Below are positions 1 through 9,800 of a stretch of DNA of 64,000 bases, piece by piece. Under the pieces are notes generated by a model. The model searched no databases, was not told the origin of the DNA, and saw nothing but the letters and a program-made list of their open reading frames with translations. The number at the start of each line of letters is the position of its first letter. Within the stretch, counting starts at the first letter, position 1. The stretch comes from Sedimentisphaerales bacterium (GTDB taxonomy: Bacteria > Planctomycetota > Phycisphaerae > Sedimentisphaerales > Anaerobacaceae), in NCBI GenBank assembly GCA_963708075.1, contig OY970194.1, forward strand, positions 3,872,001 to 3,936,000, given 5' to 3'. A program made the translations under genes and the position numbers.

Positions 1-903
1 CATAGTGACAAAGCCCCGGATCGCCTGCAATACTTCCGGGGTCATCCCCGGCACCTTGCCAAGATCATCCATATTCCGGTATGGCCGGTGCTGCACGATG
101 CTCTCCGCCAGGGGCCGATCGATCTGTTCACAGAGCGCCTGCAACACGGTCGCAGACGCCTCGTTGATGTTCACCCTGCCCTCACCGTAGACTGTCAGGA
201 ATTGCTCCAGCCCCACCGCCGGACCTGCCTGCTCCGCATCCGTGGGACCGTGGAAGATCTCACGGGTCATCCCTTTGACGAGCATCAGCTCGCTCAGGAC
301 CTCCATGGGCTGATTCTTGCAGAGGTAAGGCTTGGCCAGGTTGCGGTAATAGTTGCTCTCGGCACCGCGGTTCTCGCCTTGCACATAAGGCAGCACCGTG
401 ACCTCATCATCCGAGTCGATCCAGTCGATGATCGCCGGGACGAGACTATAGCTTACAGGATTGCGCTCCTGATATTGCGAATTCAGCACATCAATCAACC
501 GCAGCATTTGATCGACCTGCTGACGAACAGGCTTGCCGTCACGTGTCACCAATCCGTTCACGCTGATCTTGCCCCGCTCCCCCGCAACGGATATTGTGCA
601 GTAACCCCGGCCCATGGGCACCTGCATCGCTCCCGACAGAAGGCCGGCCAGTTTCTCATCCGCCCGGAGATTGCCCCTCTGCTCAAGCGAAGCTGTCGCA
701 ATGGCCAGGCCCGCCTCCGCACAGTATAACGCTTGCTGAGAATCGCGTGTGTTCTCGGCCAGGTGGAATTTCACGCGCGAATCGTAGCAGAACTCAAAGA
801 CAATGGCCGCAATCAGGGCGATAATCAGCAGAACGACGATCAGCGCAACTCCAGGTCTGCCCAGCGGGAGATATTCAGGATACATACGTTTCCGCTTCTT
901 CAT
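1..903 (-). CDS. gspK: Type II secretion minor pseudopilin GspK (3'-truncated by window edge)
   Basis: Not in the ORF track. Manual translation from ATG at 903 gives MKKRKR...GVALIVVLLIIALIAAIV, then ERGKISVN, AIIDWIDSDD, GAESNYY and SELMLVKGM, all GspK-type motifs. It abuts the gspJ stop codon. Confidence 0.9.
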   Translation of the reverse strand, partial: MKKRKRMYPEYLPLGRPGVALIVVLLIIALIAAIVFEFCYDSRVKFHLAENTRDSQQALYCAEAGLAIATASLEQRGNLRADEKLAGLLSGAMQVPMGRGYCTISVAGERGKISVNGLVTRDGKPVRQQVDQMLRLIDVLNSQYQERNPVSYSLVPAIIDWIDSDDEVTVLPYVQGENRGAESNYYRNLAKPYLCKNQPMEVLSELMLVKGMTREIFHGPTDAEQAGPAVGLEQFLTVYGEGRVNINEASATVLQALCEQIDRPLAESIVQHRPYRNMDDLGKVPGMTPEVLQAIRGFVTM

Positions 904-1677
904 TCACCTGGCCCCGTCCTTGCTTTTGCCCACGGTCTCCTGGACCTGGGTCTTGCGTCCTTCCCGCGCACGACAGCGTATCGCAGCGACCGACGTGAAA
1001 GAGGCGGAGACATCATCCTGCTGGGACGCCAGCACGAGCTTGACTCGCAAGGCTCTGGGCAGGCCGCTTGAAACGTTCGAGTCCCATTCCTTCCGCCAGT
1101 CCGCGCCGTCGAAGTACTCGAATTCGGCTTCCAGCACGTCCTCCAGAACCACGCACCAGTCTTCATCATCCTCGTCCATGCTGCGCCGGCCGTAAATCTC
1201 TTCGCGAGTCAACAAGGTGCGCTCACGCGCGTTCACTTTGTACGATACGACTGCCAGGTACCCGATATCTGATCTTCGGTTGAGCGTGCTGCTCGTGGTC
1301 ACGAACTGCAGGACGCTATCATCAGACAATGTCCGGCCTTGAAATAAGCGGACTTCCTCTTGCGATACGGTCTTGCCCACATCGTTTTGATCCTGTACGG
1401 GACGGCTCGCCTGGTCCACACGGCCGCCGTAGCAGCATCGGACCTGCCGGGAGAGCCGCTGAAGGAAGAAGCGCCCCTTCTGATCGAGGTCCATCCGCGG
1501 CTGAAGGTCCGCGATGGAGCTCGTCACCGCCCGGTAGCTCCCATAGACGGCGCCCATGATCAGACCCAGGACGCTCAGAGCGACCAGAACCTCCAGCAAA
1601 GTGAAACCGCCCGGCCCACAAGCTTGATCACAGGCGGGTGCGAGGCAAAGCCGCCTTATTGTTGCTCTTGTCATCAT
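904..1677 (-). CDS. gspJ: Type II secretion pseudopilin GspJ
   Basis: Prepilin site GFTLLEVLVAL, C-terminal FEYFDG..W...W...LPRALRVKL, and position between gspI and gspK. Start chosen at ATG 1677. Confidence 0.85.
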   Translation of the reverse strand: MMTRATIRRLCLAPACDQACGPGGFTLLEVLVALSVLGLIMGAVYGSYRAVTSSIADLQPRMDLDQKGRFFLQRLSRQVRCCYGGRVDQASRPVQDQNDVGKTVSQEEVRLFQGRTLSDDSVLQFVTTSSTLNRRSDIGYLAVVSYKVNARERTLLTREEIYGRRSMDEDDEDWCVVLEDVLEAEFEYFDGADWRKEWDSNVSSGLPRALRVKLVLASQQDDVSASFTSVAAIRCRAREGRKTQVQETVGKSKDGAR

Positions 1678-2128
1678 TCGGGTTGTCCAGAATTTCACGT
1701 TCGCCCCGGGCCGCAACATGGACAAGGGTGTCGAGCGAGACAATTGCCTCTCGCTCGCCGTCCTGCCAGGTGACGTCCACGTGCACCTGGCGTATGCCCA
1801 TCAACCGTGCAGATTCCAGTGCCGGCACAGGAGCATCCGTCACAACGGAGGACCAATGGTAGACAGTGCCGCGGGTCTCATCCTTCACGCGCCCGCTCGA
1901 TTTGCCAAGTTCCGGAACATCCCGGGCCAGGATTTCCGCGAGCCGGTCGCCGGCCATGAGCGTTGCCCGGGCCATGTGCGAACCGGAATCGATCATGCGG
2001 ATACTGGTAACGTGCAGATGGATCAATGGGACAAGTGCGATCAGCACAATGCACAGCGCCACGAGAATCTCCATCAATGTGAAGCCCGAAGGTTCATGCC
2101 CGCCGCTCGTGTTGTGTGAGTGTGACAT
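1628..2128 (-). CDS. gspI: Type II secretion pseudopilin GspI
   Basis: GFTLMEILVAL, short size, C-terminal VHVDVTW and gene order. Confidence 0.8.
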   Translation of the reverse strand: MSHSHNTSGGHEPSGFTLMEILVALCIVLIALVPLIHLHVTSIRMIDSGSHMARATLMAGDRLAEILARDVPELGKSSGRVKDETRGTVYHWSSVVTDAPVPALESARLMGIRQVHVDVTWQDGEREAIVSLDTLVHVAARGEREILDNPNDDKSNNKAALPRTRL

Positions 2129-2130
2129 GC

Positions 2131-2667
2131 CTATCCAGCCGGCTTGTCGCCGATAAGGTCTATCTCGCCAAACCATTCATCAATCGCAAGTTTCACGGTC
2201 TGTCCATCTGACGAGGTGATGGTCACTAGTACAGGATCACACCAGCCTTCCGGGCTGAACTCTATCGCGAGGACACTTTCAAAAGCCCCATCTTCCGCCG
2301 CCGGCTCGACATCCGTAATCGCAACTTCTTCAGGCAACTGTCCTCCCAAGCTTCTCTGAGGAACAGCGTTGTCAACCTGTTTGCCCGTGACCCAGTACCG
2401 GCCGGTTTCCACATCGATGTGCAGCACGAAGGCGGACTCCGTCACCATGGCCAGTTCATGGGCGTGCTTGGCCAGCCGCATGAGCTTCCTGCCGCTTCGC
2501 CACGGCTCGGGCTCCCGCAGCAACAGCCCATCCAGCTTGGGGAAAGCTACCGCGGCCGATATGCCCAGCACAATCAGCACCACGATAAGCTCAACGAATG
2601 TGAACGCTCGCGGCGTGCGATCACCGTCCCTATTGCTGGTCCAGGTTCCAGCTCTCGATATCCGCAT
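2131..2667 (-). CDS. gspH: Type II secretion pseudopilin GspH/FimT-like
   Basis: AFTFVELIVVL prepilin-like site, IEFSPEG motif, position after gspG. Start uncertain. Confidence 0.8.
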   Translation of the reverse strand: MRISRAGTWTSNRDGDRTPRAFTFVELIVVLIVLGISAAVAFPKLDGLLLREPEPWRSGRKLMRLAKHAHELAMVTESAFVLHIDVETGRYWVTGKQVDNAVPQRSLGGQLPEEVAITDVEPAAEDGAFESVLAIEFSPEGWCDPVLVTITSSDGQTVKLAIDEWFGEIDLIGDKPAG

Positions 2668-3088
2668 TGTCCTGCGTTCCGCCATCTTCGCTGTCTTTGC
2701 CATAAGATTCGAGGTCGTACTCATCCCGCGTGCCGGGACAGATGTAGATATACTGACTGTCCCAGGGATCGGCCGGGACCCTGCCTCCCTCGATATACCC
2801 GCCCTGCTTCCAGCCCTTGAGACCCGGATCGTTCACGAGTGCCTCCAATCCCTCGGACGTGGTCGGGAATCGCCCCGTATCCGTCTTGAAGAAGGCCAGC
2901 GCCGATTGAAGGTTACGGATCTGCACCTTGGCCTTCATGCGACGGGCCTGTTCCGGCCGGTCCAGGATCTTCGGCATCATGATCGTCGCCAGGATCCCCA
3001 GGATCACGATCACAACCATCAGCTCGATGAGGGTAAAGCCCGATGACAGGCGCCGCCCTCGCACTGTATCCAATTTCCGCACAGCCAC
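2630..3088 (-). CDS. gspG: Type II secretion major pseudopilin GspG
   Basis: GFTLIELMVVIVILGIL, GRFPTTSEGLEALV, PADPW, YDLESYGKD. GTG start with GGAGG RBS. Confidence 0.95.
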   Translation of the reverse strand: MAVRKLDTVRGRRLSSGFTLIELMVVIVILGILATIMMPKILDRPEQARRMKAKVQIRNLQSALAFFKTDTGRFPTTSEGLEALVNDPGLKGWKQGGYIEGGRVPADPWDSQYIYICPGTRDEYDLESYGKDSEDGGTQDNADIESWNLDQQ

Positions 3089-3093
3089 ACCTC

Positions 3094-4311
3094 CTACGCA
3101 ATCGCCTGGTTGATATCGAATATCGGCAGAAGCATCGCCAACACGATGAATCCGACAATCACGCCCAGCACAAGGATCATGATGGGCTCGAGCAGCGACG
3201 TGAGCGTACCCAATCGGGCCTCCACGTCGCCGTCCAGCAGATCGGCAATCCGGGCCAGTCCCTCCTCGACCGTCCCGCTCTGCTCGCCGGCTGCGATCAT
3301 ATTCACGACCAGGGGCGGGAACACACCGCTGGCGTTGAGAGAATCCGCAATCGTCCCGCCGTGACTGACAGCTTCCTGGGCGTCGGCCGCCGCCTGAGCG
3401 ATCACGCTGTTGCCTGCCACCCGCTCGGAGAGCCTCAGGGCCTCAACGATGGTCACTCCGCTGGCCAGCAAAACGCCGAGGGTACGGCAGAAGCGAGACA
3501 GCGACACTTTGAGCACAACCTCGCCGAGCAGCGGGCATCGCAGCTTGAACCGGTCCCAGAACTTGCGCCCCGCCCCCGTCCGAATCCAGTAGATGTTTCC
3601 GGCGATCAGACCGGCCAACAGGACTGCGAAGACCCACACATAGCGTGAGGCAATATCGCTGGTCTTAATCAGCACGACCGTCGGCCAGGGCAGCCGCATT
3701 TTCATTTCCAGGAAGAGCTTCGTTACGCTCGGCAGCACGAAGCTCAGGATGAAAATGACCACGCACGTGCCCACGACCATCATGAAAATGGGATAGGCCA
3801 GAGCCGTCTTGACCTTGTTCATCAGCTTGGCGCGTCGCTCGAACAAGTCCGCCAGTTGGGATAGCACGTTCTCCAGCGTGCCCGCTGCTTCCGCCGCCTC
3901 CACCATGCTAACATACACCGGGGGAAACACGGATGGATGTTCCTCCAGGGCCCGCGCCAGGGCGATGCCTTCATTGACGCTGTCGCGGATCTGGGCGAAG
4001 ATCCTTCCGAGGCGATTGTCTCCCAACTGCTGCACGAGGGCCGACAGGGCGCCCAGAAGCGGCATGCCCGCGAGCAGGAGGACGGACAACTGACGTGTGG
4101 CGGCGGACAATTCACGCACGCTGACCCGGCCGGTCCGCGATCGCTCCGATGTCTTATTGCCCTGAGCCTCCGTCTGCTTCTGGGCAATCTCGGCGACATG
4201 GGCTCCGGCTGCGCGCAGCCGCCTGCGGGCCTCCCCCAGTGACGGCGCATCGATCATGCCGCGGGATTCCCGGCCCGTGCCACTCACCTGCGTGTATTCG
4301 AATAGCGCCAT
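3094..4311 (-). CDS. gspF: Type II secretion inner-membrane platform GspF
   Basis: Two T2SSF repeats (RQLSVLLLAGMPL; FCRTLGVLLASG), ALAYP, GEQSG, LLEPIMI. Confidence 0.95.
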   Translation of the reverse strand: MALFEYTQVSGTGRESRGMIDAPSLGEARRRLRAAGAHVAEIAQKQTEAQGNKTSERSRTGRVSVRELSAATRQLSVLLLAGMPLLGALSALVQQLGDNRLGRIFAQIRDSVNEGIALARALEEHPSVFPPVYVSMVEAAEAAGTLENVLSQLADLFERRAKLMNKVKTALAYPIFMMVVGTCVVIFILSFVLPSVTKLFLEMKMRLPWPTVVLIKTSDIASRYVWVFAVLLAGLIAGNIYWIRTGAGRKFWDRFKLRCPLLGEVVLKVSLSRFCRTLGVLLASGVTIVEALRLSERVAGNSVIAQAAADAQEAVSHGGTIADSLNASGVFPPLVVNMIAAGEQSGTVEEGLARIADLLDGDVEARLGTLTSLLEPIMILVLGVIVGFIVLAMLLPIFDINQAIA

Positions 4312-6017
4312 TACTCCTGCGCCCCCCGTGAATCCGCAGAATCCGAATCCTCCTGCGTCACCCGAAAGACCTCTTCTGCTGTGGTCATCCCGCGCAGAAC
4401 CTTTCGCAAGCCATCATCACGCAGCGTGCACATACCCCTTTTCAGCCCGGCCTGTCTGATGGGATGAGCCCTCGCATCGGTCAAGACCAGTTCCCGGAGG
4501 TCATCGTCCAACACGAGCAATTCGAAAATACCCATCCGGCCGCGATAGCCTGTACCGCTGCAGTTCGGACATACATTAGCCGCCAAGTTCAAATCCGGAT
4601 CACGCCGTGCCCCCCCAACAGCCTTGTCAAGAGCTTCACCCTGGCACTCCGGGCAGACCCGCCGCACCAGCCTCTGCGCCATGACTCCAAGCAGCGAGGA
4701 TGAGACGAGATAAGGTTCGATACCCATATCCACCAGCCGCGTGACGGCGCTGGAGGCGTCGTTGGTGTGCAAGGTGCTGAACACGAGGTGGCCGGTGAGA
4801 GCCGCCTGGATCGCAATCCGCGCCGTCTCAAGATCGCGGATTTCGCCGATCATGATGACGTCCGGGTCCTGCCGGAGAATGTGACGCAGGCAGGCGGCAA
4901 ACGTCAGGCCGATCTTCGGCATCACCTGCGTCTGACTGACGCCGGACAGGCGGTACTCGATCGGGTCCTCCACCGTCATAATGTTGCGATCGTCGCAATT
5001 CAACTCCGTGATCGCGCCGTAGAGCGTGGTGGTCTTGCCGCTGCCGGTCGGGCCTGTCAACAAGATGATCCCGTGCGGCCGGGAGATAAGCCCGCGGAAT
5101 TGCTTTTCCGTCGGCGGCTCGAATCCGATCTGCTCCAACCCGAAGCGGGCACCCGATTCATCGAGAAGGCGCAGGACCACGCGCTCCCCCCACGCGGTTG
5201 GGATCGTCGAGACACGTATGTCGAGCTCCCGGTCGCCGATCTTGATTCGGCTGCGCCCATCCTGGGGGAGCCTGCGTTCGGCGATATTCAGCTTGGCCAT
5301 GATTTTCAGCCGCGACACCATGGCGGCAAAGTACTGTCTCGGGAATGTCGATCGCGTATAAAGCACGCCATCGATTCTGAACCGTATCTTCACCTCATGC
5401 TCGTATGGCTCGACGTGGATATCACTGGCCCGCGATTGGCCGGCCTGGAAGAGGAACGCGTTGACCAGCTTGATGATCGGCGCGCCTTTCGACAGGTCCA
5501 GGAGGTCCTCCGTGTACGTCTCGGCACTGACGTTCTGCAACCGTTCATCGGTGCTCAACTCCGTTTGTGCGGCGGGGTCGCCGTCATGATAGTAGTACTG
5601 GCTCAGGCCCGCCTCGATCACCGTACGGGCACAGAGCACCTTAGTGCAGGGAGAGCCGAGGGCATTGACTACCGAGTCCACGGTCATGGTATCTGTCGGG
5701 TCCGCCACAGCCAGGGCAAGCCCCTCCTGCCCTTTGCGAAACGGGAGAATGCCATGCTTGCGGAGGAATTCGATCGGCAAGTTCTGGAGCAACTCCGTGC
5801 CGATGGACTCGGCGGTAATCTCCTCCACGTACGGATACCCCCACTGCTCGGCCAGAGCCTTGCCGACATCGGTCTCGCTGATGCGCCCCATTTCGACGAG
5901 CAACTGCCCGATCCGTTTCTCCGGCGCCTGCTCCTCCTGGATTGCCAGTGCGCCGGCAAGGTCCTCTTTTGAGAGGGCCGTGCGATGGACAAGAATCTCA
6001 CCGATCAAGGGAATCAT
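4311..6017 (-). CDS. gspE: Type II secretion ATPase GspE with N-terminal MshEN-like domain
   Basis: ASDIHVEP, Walker A GPTGSGKTT, EDPIEY, LRQDPDVIMIGEIRD, STLHTND, CxxC...CxxC zinc motif. Confidence 0.96.
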   Translation of the reverse strand: MIPLIGEILVHRTALSKEDLAGALAIQEEQAPEKRIGQLLVEMGRISETDVGKALAEQWGYPYVEEITAESIGTELLQNLPIEFLRKHGILPFRKGQEGLALAVADPTDTMTVDSVVNALGSPCTKVLCARTVIEAGLSQYYYHDGDPAAQTELSTDERLQNVSAETYTEDLLDLSKGAPIIKLVNAFLFQAGQSRASDIHVEPYEHEVKIRFRIDGVLYTRSTFPRQYFAAMVSRLKIMAKLNIAERRLPQDGRSRIKIGDRELDIRVSTIPTAWGERVVLRLLDESGARFGLEQIGFEPPTEKQFRGLISRPHGIILLTGPTGSGKTTTLYGAITELNCDDRNIMTVEDPIEYRLSGVSQTQVMPKIGLTFAACLRHILRQDPDVIMIGEIRDLETARIAIQAALTGHLVFSTLHTNDASSAVTRLVDMGIEPYLVSSSLLGVMAQRLVRRVCPECQGEALDKAVGGARRDPDLNLAANVCPNCSGTGYRGRMGIFELLVLDDDLRELVLTDARAHPIRQAGLKRGMCTLRDDGLRKVLRGMTTAEEVFRVTQEDSDSADSRGAQE

Positions 6018-6074
6018 GCGATTCGTCCCATGCAGGCAGGCGGCACTGCACTCGGCATTGACATGTGATTGAGG

Positions 6075-8066
6075 TCACGGCTCCGCGGCTTCATTGTTAC
6101 CCTGCTCCCGTTTCTTGCGTTCGGTCATCTCCGTCAGGCTGTCACGATCCGCCAGAACATGCGGCGTGATGAAAAGAAGCAGATTCGTCTTCTGGAGGCG
6201 CGACTGTGTCGACTTGAACAGCACGCCTACCAGCGGCAAATCGCCCAGAAGCGGCACCTTCTTCTCGACCTTCTCCTTGTCATCTCTCATCAGGCCCCCG
6301 ATGACGACGGTCGAGCCGCTCATGATCGAGATGATGGTCTTGGCTTCCCGCTTGGCGGTTGTGGGCGTCTCGGCGCCCAGGCCCGTCATGCCCTCAATAA
6401 GTTTGCTGAAGGTCGCTTCGATCTCCATCCGCACGAGGCCCGTCCCACTGACGTGCGGGCGCACTTTCAGGATGATGCCGACATCCTTGAAATCGAAGGT
6501 TTGGATGGCGGTCGGAGTGGCCGGGTCAAATTCCGTCACTCTCGACTGGCTCACGTAGGGCACATTGTCGGCCACGGTAATCGTGGCCTCCTGGTGGTTC
6601 GATGTCAGAATGTGGGGCGTGGAGAGAATATTGACGGACGAATTCTTTTCCAGGGCCTGCAGGATCGCCGCGATCTGCGGCGTCCCATCCACATCCTTCC
6701 ACAGGCCGATCCCGACGCCCTGCAGGTCGCCCGAGGCGGCCTCCACCCGCGGCCCGAGATTCGTGAACCCAAAGCCCCGGACGCTGTCGGCAACCGCTTC
6801 ATCGAGCGTCGCCCAATCGAAGCCCAGTTGCTTGAGGACATTGTCGCTGGCCTCGATGATCTGGAATTCGACGAGCACCTGCTCGCGCACGATATCCAGT
6901 TTCTTGACCATCTCCGCGATCAGCCGGTAATCCTGCGGTGAGCACATGACGATCAGCGAATTGGTGCTCTCGTCCGAGGTGATCTGGAGAGGCTGCGTCG
7001 TCTCCGGGCCTGCGGGCACTGTGATTTTTCCCACGGCAGCGGAAATGGCCTTTTCGATCTCCTTGGCCTGCGCGTGCTCCAGGTAAATCACGTGAACGTT
7101 CTCAGCCTCCAGAGGCCGCTCGATATCGAGCCGGGCGATGATCCCCCTGGCCATGTCCGCATCGGATGGGCCCGCGACGACGATCACCGAATTGGTCCGC
7201 TCGTCCGGCAGGATCTTCATGGGACTGGAAGCCTCCTGCGGCGCCGGAGTTGCGGGACGCCGCAGCCGGCTCTGCGCCTGGCCCCGCTGGAGAATCTGTG
7301 TCACCTGCTCGCAGATCTTGCCGGCCGAGGCATATTTGAGCCGCACCACCTCGACGTTGTCTTGCGGGCCCTCGACATCCAGCTCCCGCACGATCTTCGC
7401 CGCACGATGGATGGCTGATGACGTATCCGTGATGATGATCGTGTTGGTTTCCGCAAATGCGGTCACTTGGCCGCCCGTGGATACCAGCGCGGTCACGATC
7501 GTGCTCACCTGGGCTACATCGGCGTGCTTCAAGGGCATGATCTGTGTCACGAGACCATCGTCCACGGGGATCTCGGCAGGATCGCACCCGACGCGGATGG
7601 GCAGATTGCTTCTGCCTCCGTCGGCGCGAGGCATGATTTTCACGAGGCTGCCGGCGGGGATCGCGGCAAAGCCCTTCGTCTGGAGCACGGACTCGAATAC
7701 GCTGTACACTTCCCCCAGCCGGATCTTGCTTGGCGAGATCAGCGTCACCGTCCCCGAAATCTTGTCATCGACGAGGAAGTTGATGCCCGTGAGCTGACCG
7801 ATCGTCTTAATGAAGATGCGGATATCCACCTGGTTGAAATCGAGCGAGATCAGCCGGTTCGCCGCACCCGGCTCCAGGAGAAAAGGCATTTCGATACACG
7901 GCTGTCCCCCCGCCGGACCGGCTGCGGGTCGAGCCGCCAGATCGCACCACAATCCACAAAACAGCACCAAAAGTGCGGCCGCAAGAGCCGCGATTTTCAC
8001 CCCATCGCTTACCACAGTTACCCTCCATGTATCCACGGGCAAGCCATTGTGCAGACGAACTACCAT
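6075..8066 (-). CDS. gspD: Type II secretion secretin GspD
   Basis: N0 domain (LDFNQVDIRIFI), repeated DERTNS/DESTNS N domains, secretin core (QVLVEFQIIE, DVGIIL, KVPLLGDLP..G.LF, LLLFITP). True start probably downstream of 8066. Confidence 0.95.
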   Translation of the reverse strand: MVVRLHNGLPVDTWRVTVVSDGVKIAALAAALLVLFCGLWCDLAARPAAGPAGGQPCIEMPFLLEPGAANRLISLDFNQVDIRIFIKTIGQLTGINFLVDDKISGTVTLISPSKIRLGEVYSVFESVLQTKGFAAIPAGSLVKIMPRADGGRSNLPIRVGCDPAEIPVDDGLVTQIMPLKHADVAQVSTIVTALVSTGGQVTAFAETNTIIITDTSSAIHRAAKIVRELDVEGPQDNVEVVRLKYASAGKICEQVTQILQRGQAQSRLRRPATPAPQEASSPMKILPDERTNSVIVVAGPSDADMARGIIARLDIERPLEAENVHVIYLEHAQAKEIEKAISAAVGKITVPAGPETTQPLQITSDESTNSLIVMCSPQDYRLIAEMVKKLDIVREQVLVEFQIIEASDNVLKQLGFDWATLDEAVADSVRGFGFTNLGPRVEAASGDLQGVGIGLWKDVDGTPQIAAILQALEKNSSVNILSTPHILTSNHQEATITVADNVPYVSQSRVTEFDPATPTAIQTFDFKDVGIILKVRPHVSGTGLVRMEIEATFSKLIEGMTGLGAETPTTAKREAKTIISIMSGSTVVIGGLMRDDKEKVEKKVPLLGDLPLVGVLFKSTQSRLQKTNLLLFITPHVLADRDSLTEMTERKKREQGNNEAAEP

Positions 8067-8983
8067 GACCCGGCGCGAAAGGCCAACGACTTCCTTTCCT
8101 GTCCCCGCACCAGCTCGATTTCCGCGGAGCCCAGCCTCCTGGCCTTTCGCAGCACTTGAGCGGCTTTCCTCTGATTCTGCACCACATGGCCGTTGACGGC
8201 CTCAATGACGTCGCCGTCCCGAAGTCCCACGAGCTGAACCATGGCCGAGTCGCCCAATCCGGATACCCGCAGCCCATTCGACTGGCCATCCGTCACGTGC
8301 GGAGACAACCGCAGCTTGCTCATGAACTGCGCCGCTCGCGCCGCGCTGCCGGCCGACACGCTTGTATTGATGTGCCGCTCCGAATCCGACACGACTTTCA
8401 CGACTTCACCGACGCCGACCTTGACCGGCTCCGCAGGCGGGGCCTGGCTCGCCACGGCCGTCGCCGGCACATCGCGGGCCGTCAGTGCGATGCTCAGCAT
8501 CTCGCGCACCCCCATATTCACCACGACAATCCGGTTCTGCTCGATACTGTCGATGCGCGTATCACCGATCACGTCTCCAACACGATAAATGTCCTGGGCC
8601 TTGGTGGCCAGGTTCTCCAGGATGGCGTAGGATGCGTTCTTCTCATCGACCACAGTCCCCAGAAGCCGCAACGAGAGTTCCCGCTTGGTTTCCTGCTTGG
8701 GACGCTCCAATATAACGGCCTCCGCCTTGTCCGGTCCTTTGGCCACTCGACCGGGCCCGGTCCCAAAGATGTCACGCTCGAGAATCAGCTTGGGATCGAT
8801 GCTGCCCCCGGCCTCCTGCGAATTCGAGTTTCGAGCCTCGAACTTCGAGTCTTCCCGGGCGGCGGCCGCGTGACGACCGGATCGCTCAGGAACCAGGGAG
8901 ACGACTGCGACGAACAATGCCGCGGTTAACAGGCCTGCATTCAAGACCCACAGGAATCCATTCACCCGACCGATGAACCGCAT
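8060..8983 (-). CDS. gspC: Type II secretion GspC-like protein (TM, HR domain, PDZ)
   Basis: N-terminal TM, LRLLGTV..., YRVGDVI, PDZ-like GLRDGDVIEAVNG. Directly upstream of gspD. Confidence 0.88.
   Translation of the reverse strand: MRFIGRVNGFLWVLNAGLLTAALFVAVVSLVPERSGRHAAAAREDSKFEARNSNSQEAGGSIDPKLILERDIFGTGPGRVAKGPDKAEAVILERPKQETKRELSLRLLGTVVDEKNASYAILENLATKAQDIYRVGDVIGDTRIDSIEQNRIVVVNMGVREMLSIALTARDVPATAVASQAPPAEPVKVGVGEVVKVVSDSERHINTSVSAGSAARAAQFMSKLRLSPHVTDGQSNGLRVSGLGDSAMVQLVGLRDGDVIEAVNGHVVQNQRKAAQVLRKARRLGSAEIELVRGQERKSLAFRAGSW
8823..8850. repeat. Degenerate 7-bp tandem repeat (TTCGART-like), in frame in gspC
   Basis: ttcgagt-ttcgagc-ctcgaac-ttcgagt encodes DSKFEARNSN. The same period and motif occur at 61911-61938. 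Confidence 0.6.
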
Positions 8984-9022
8984 CTTCTACCCCCCAGCAT
9001 GCAGCGTCCCGGTTGCACATGC

Positions 9023-9751
9023 TCACATGAACATCCCGCCCATCATCACATAACTTACATTCGCTGTCCCGTGCAGCAGAATCGATGGTGTCAACGTGCC
9101 CATTCTAACGAACAGCCACCCAAAAATCAATCCAGGGAAAAACGTCAGGGCGGAAACGGGATCGCCCAGAACTAACACATGGGAAAGGGCAAACACCCCG
9201 GCGGACAACACAACACTCAAAAGACCCGCAGTCGAGGCGTCCATCTTCACATTTGTTTTGAACAAGTACAGGCTATTACTCAGGAAGTACCCCCGGAAAA
9301 ACAGCTCCTCGGGAAACGCGACGCAAACGAACTGAAACAGAACCCACAAGGGCCACCGCTCCTTCGGGATCGATGCCATCAAGGGCGGCTCGACGGTCAG
9401 GTACCGGAGAACCACCAGACCAATGAATCCCAGAACAAGCATGCAGACGCCGCTGGCACCCAGCAGCAGAATCCCCCGTCTGATTCGTCCGAGGTGTAGC
9501 CCAAGCCCGCTCAGATCCCCGCCGCGAGCAAGCGTGGGAAGTACGGCTCCCATCACCAGCGCAAATGGGCTCAGGGACGACACCCAGTGGCCGCTTGCCC
9601 AATGACATAGGCGGAGCAATGCCACGACGCCAATTGAGACGAGCACGATTTCCAGCGGGCGGGCAAAGAGCCCCAGCCCGGTGAACGAAGCCGGAAGGCA
9701 GTCCACTCCATATCTGTCGGCATGTCGAATTCGCTGCTGCTCTGCACGCAT
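9023..9751 (-). CDS. CPBP (glutamic-type) intramembrane protease, myxosortase/JDVT-CTERM protease-like
   Basis: Multi-TM protein with catalytic motifs EELFFRG, FALSH and HGTAN. The segment ALTFFPGLIFGWL resembles myxosortase-type members. First gene of the gsp operon. Confidence 0.85.
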   Translation of the reverse strand: MRAEQQRIRHADRYGVDCLPASFTGLGLFARPLEIVLVSIGVVALLRLCHWASGHWVSSLSPFALVMGAVLPTLARGGDLSGLGLHLGRIRRGILLLGASGVCMLVLGFIGLVVLRYLTVEPPLMASIPKERWPLWVLFQFVCVAFPEELFFRGYFLSNSLYLFKTNVKMDASTAGLLSVVLSAGVFALSHVLVLGDPVSALTFFPGLIFGWLFVRMGTLTPSILLHGTANVSYVMMGGMFM

Positions 9752-9800
9752 GAATCAACCGGTCCCCGATACGAGCATGACATAGACTGTATCGGTGGTC

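Noticed and set aside
4767..5972. Long antisense ORFs (also 25100-26314, 27947-29377, 36088-37926, 45021-46544, 46538-47998)
   Set aside because: They mirror well-supported genes on the opposite strand, have no recognisable motifs, and are expected in GC-rich DNA.
1..8983. Type IV pilus cluster
   Set aside because: GspG, GspK, GspC-PDZ and GspD-type N domains are present and no PilT is seen, which favours T2SS. GspL/M may lie beyond the left edge.
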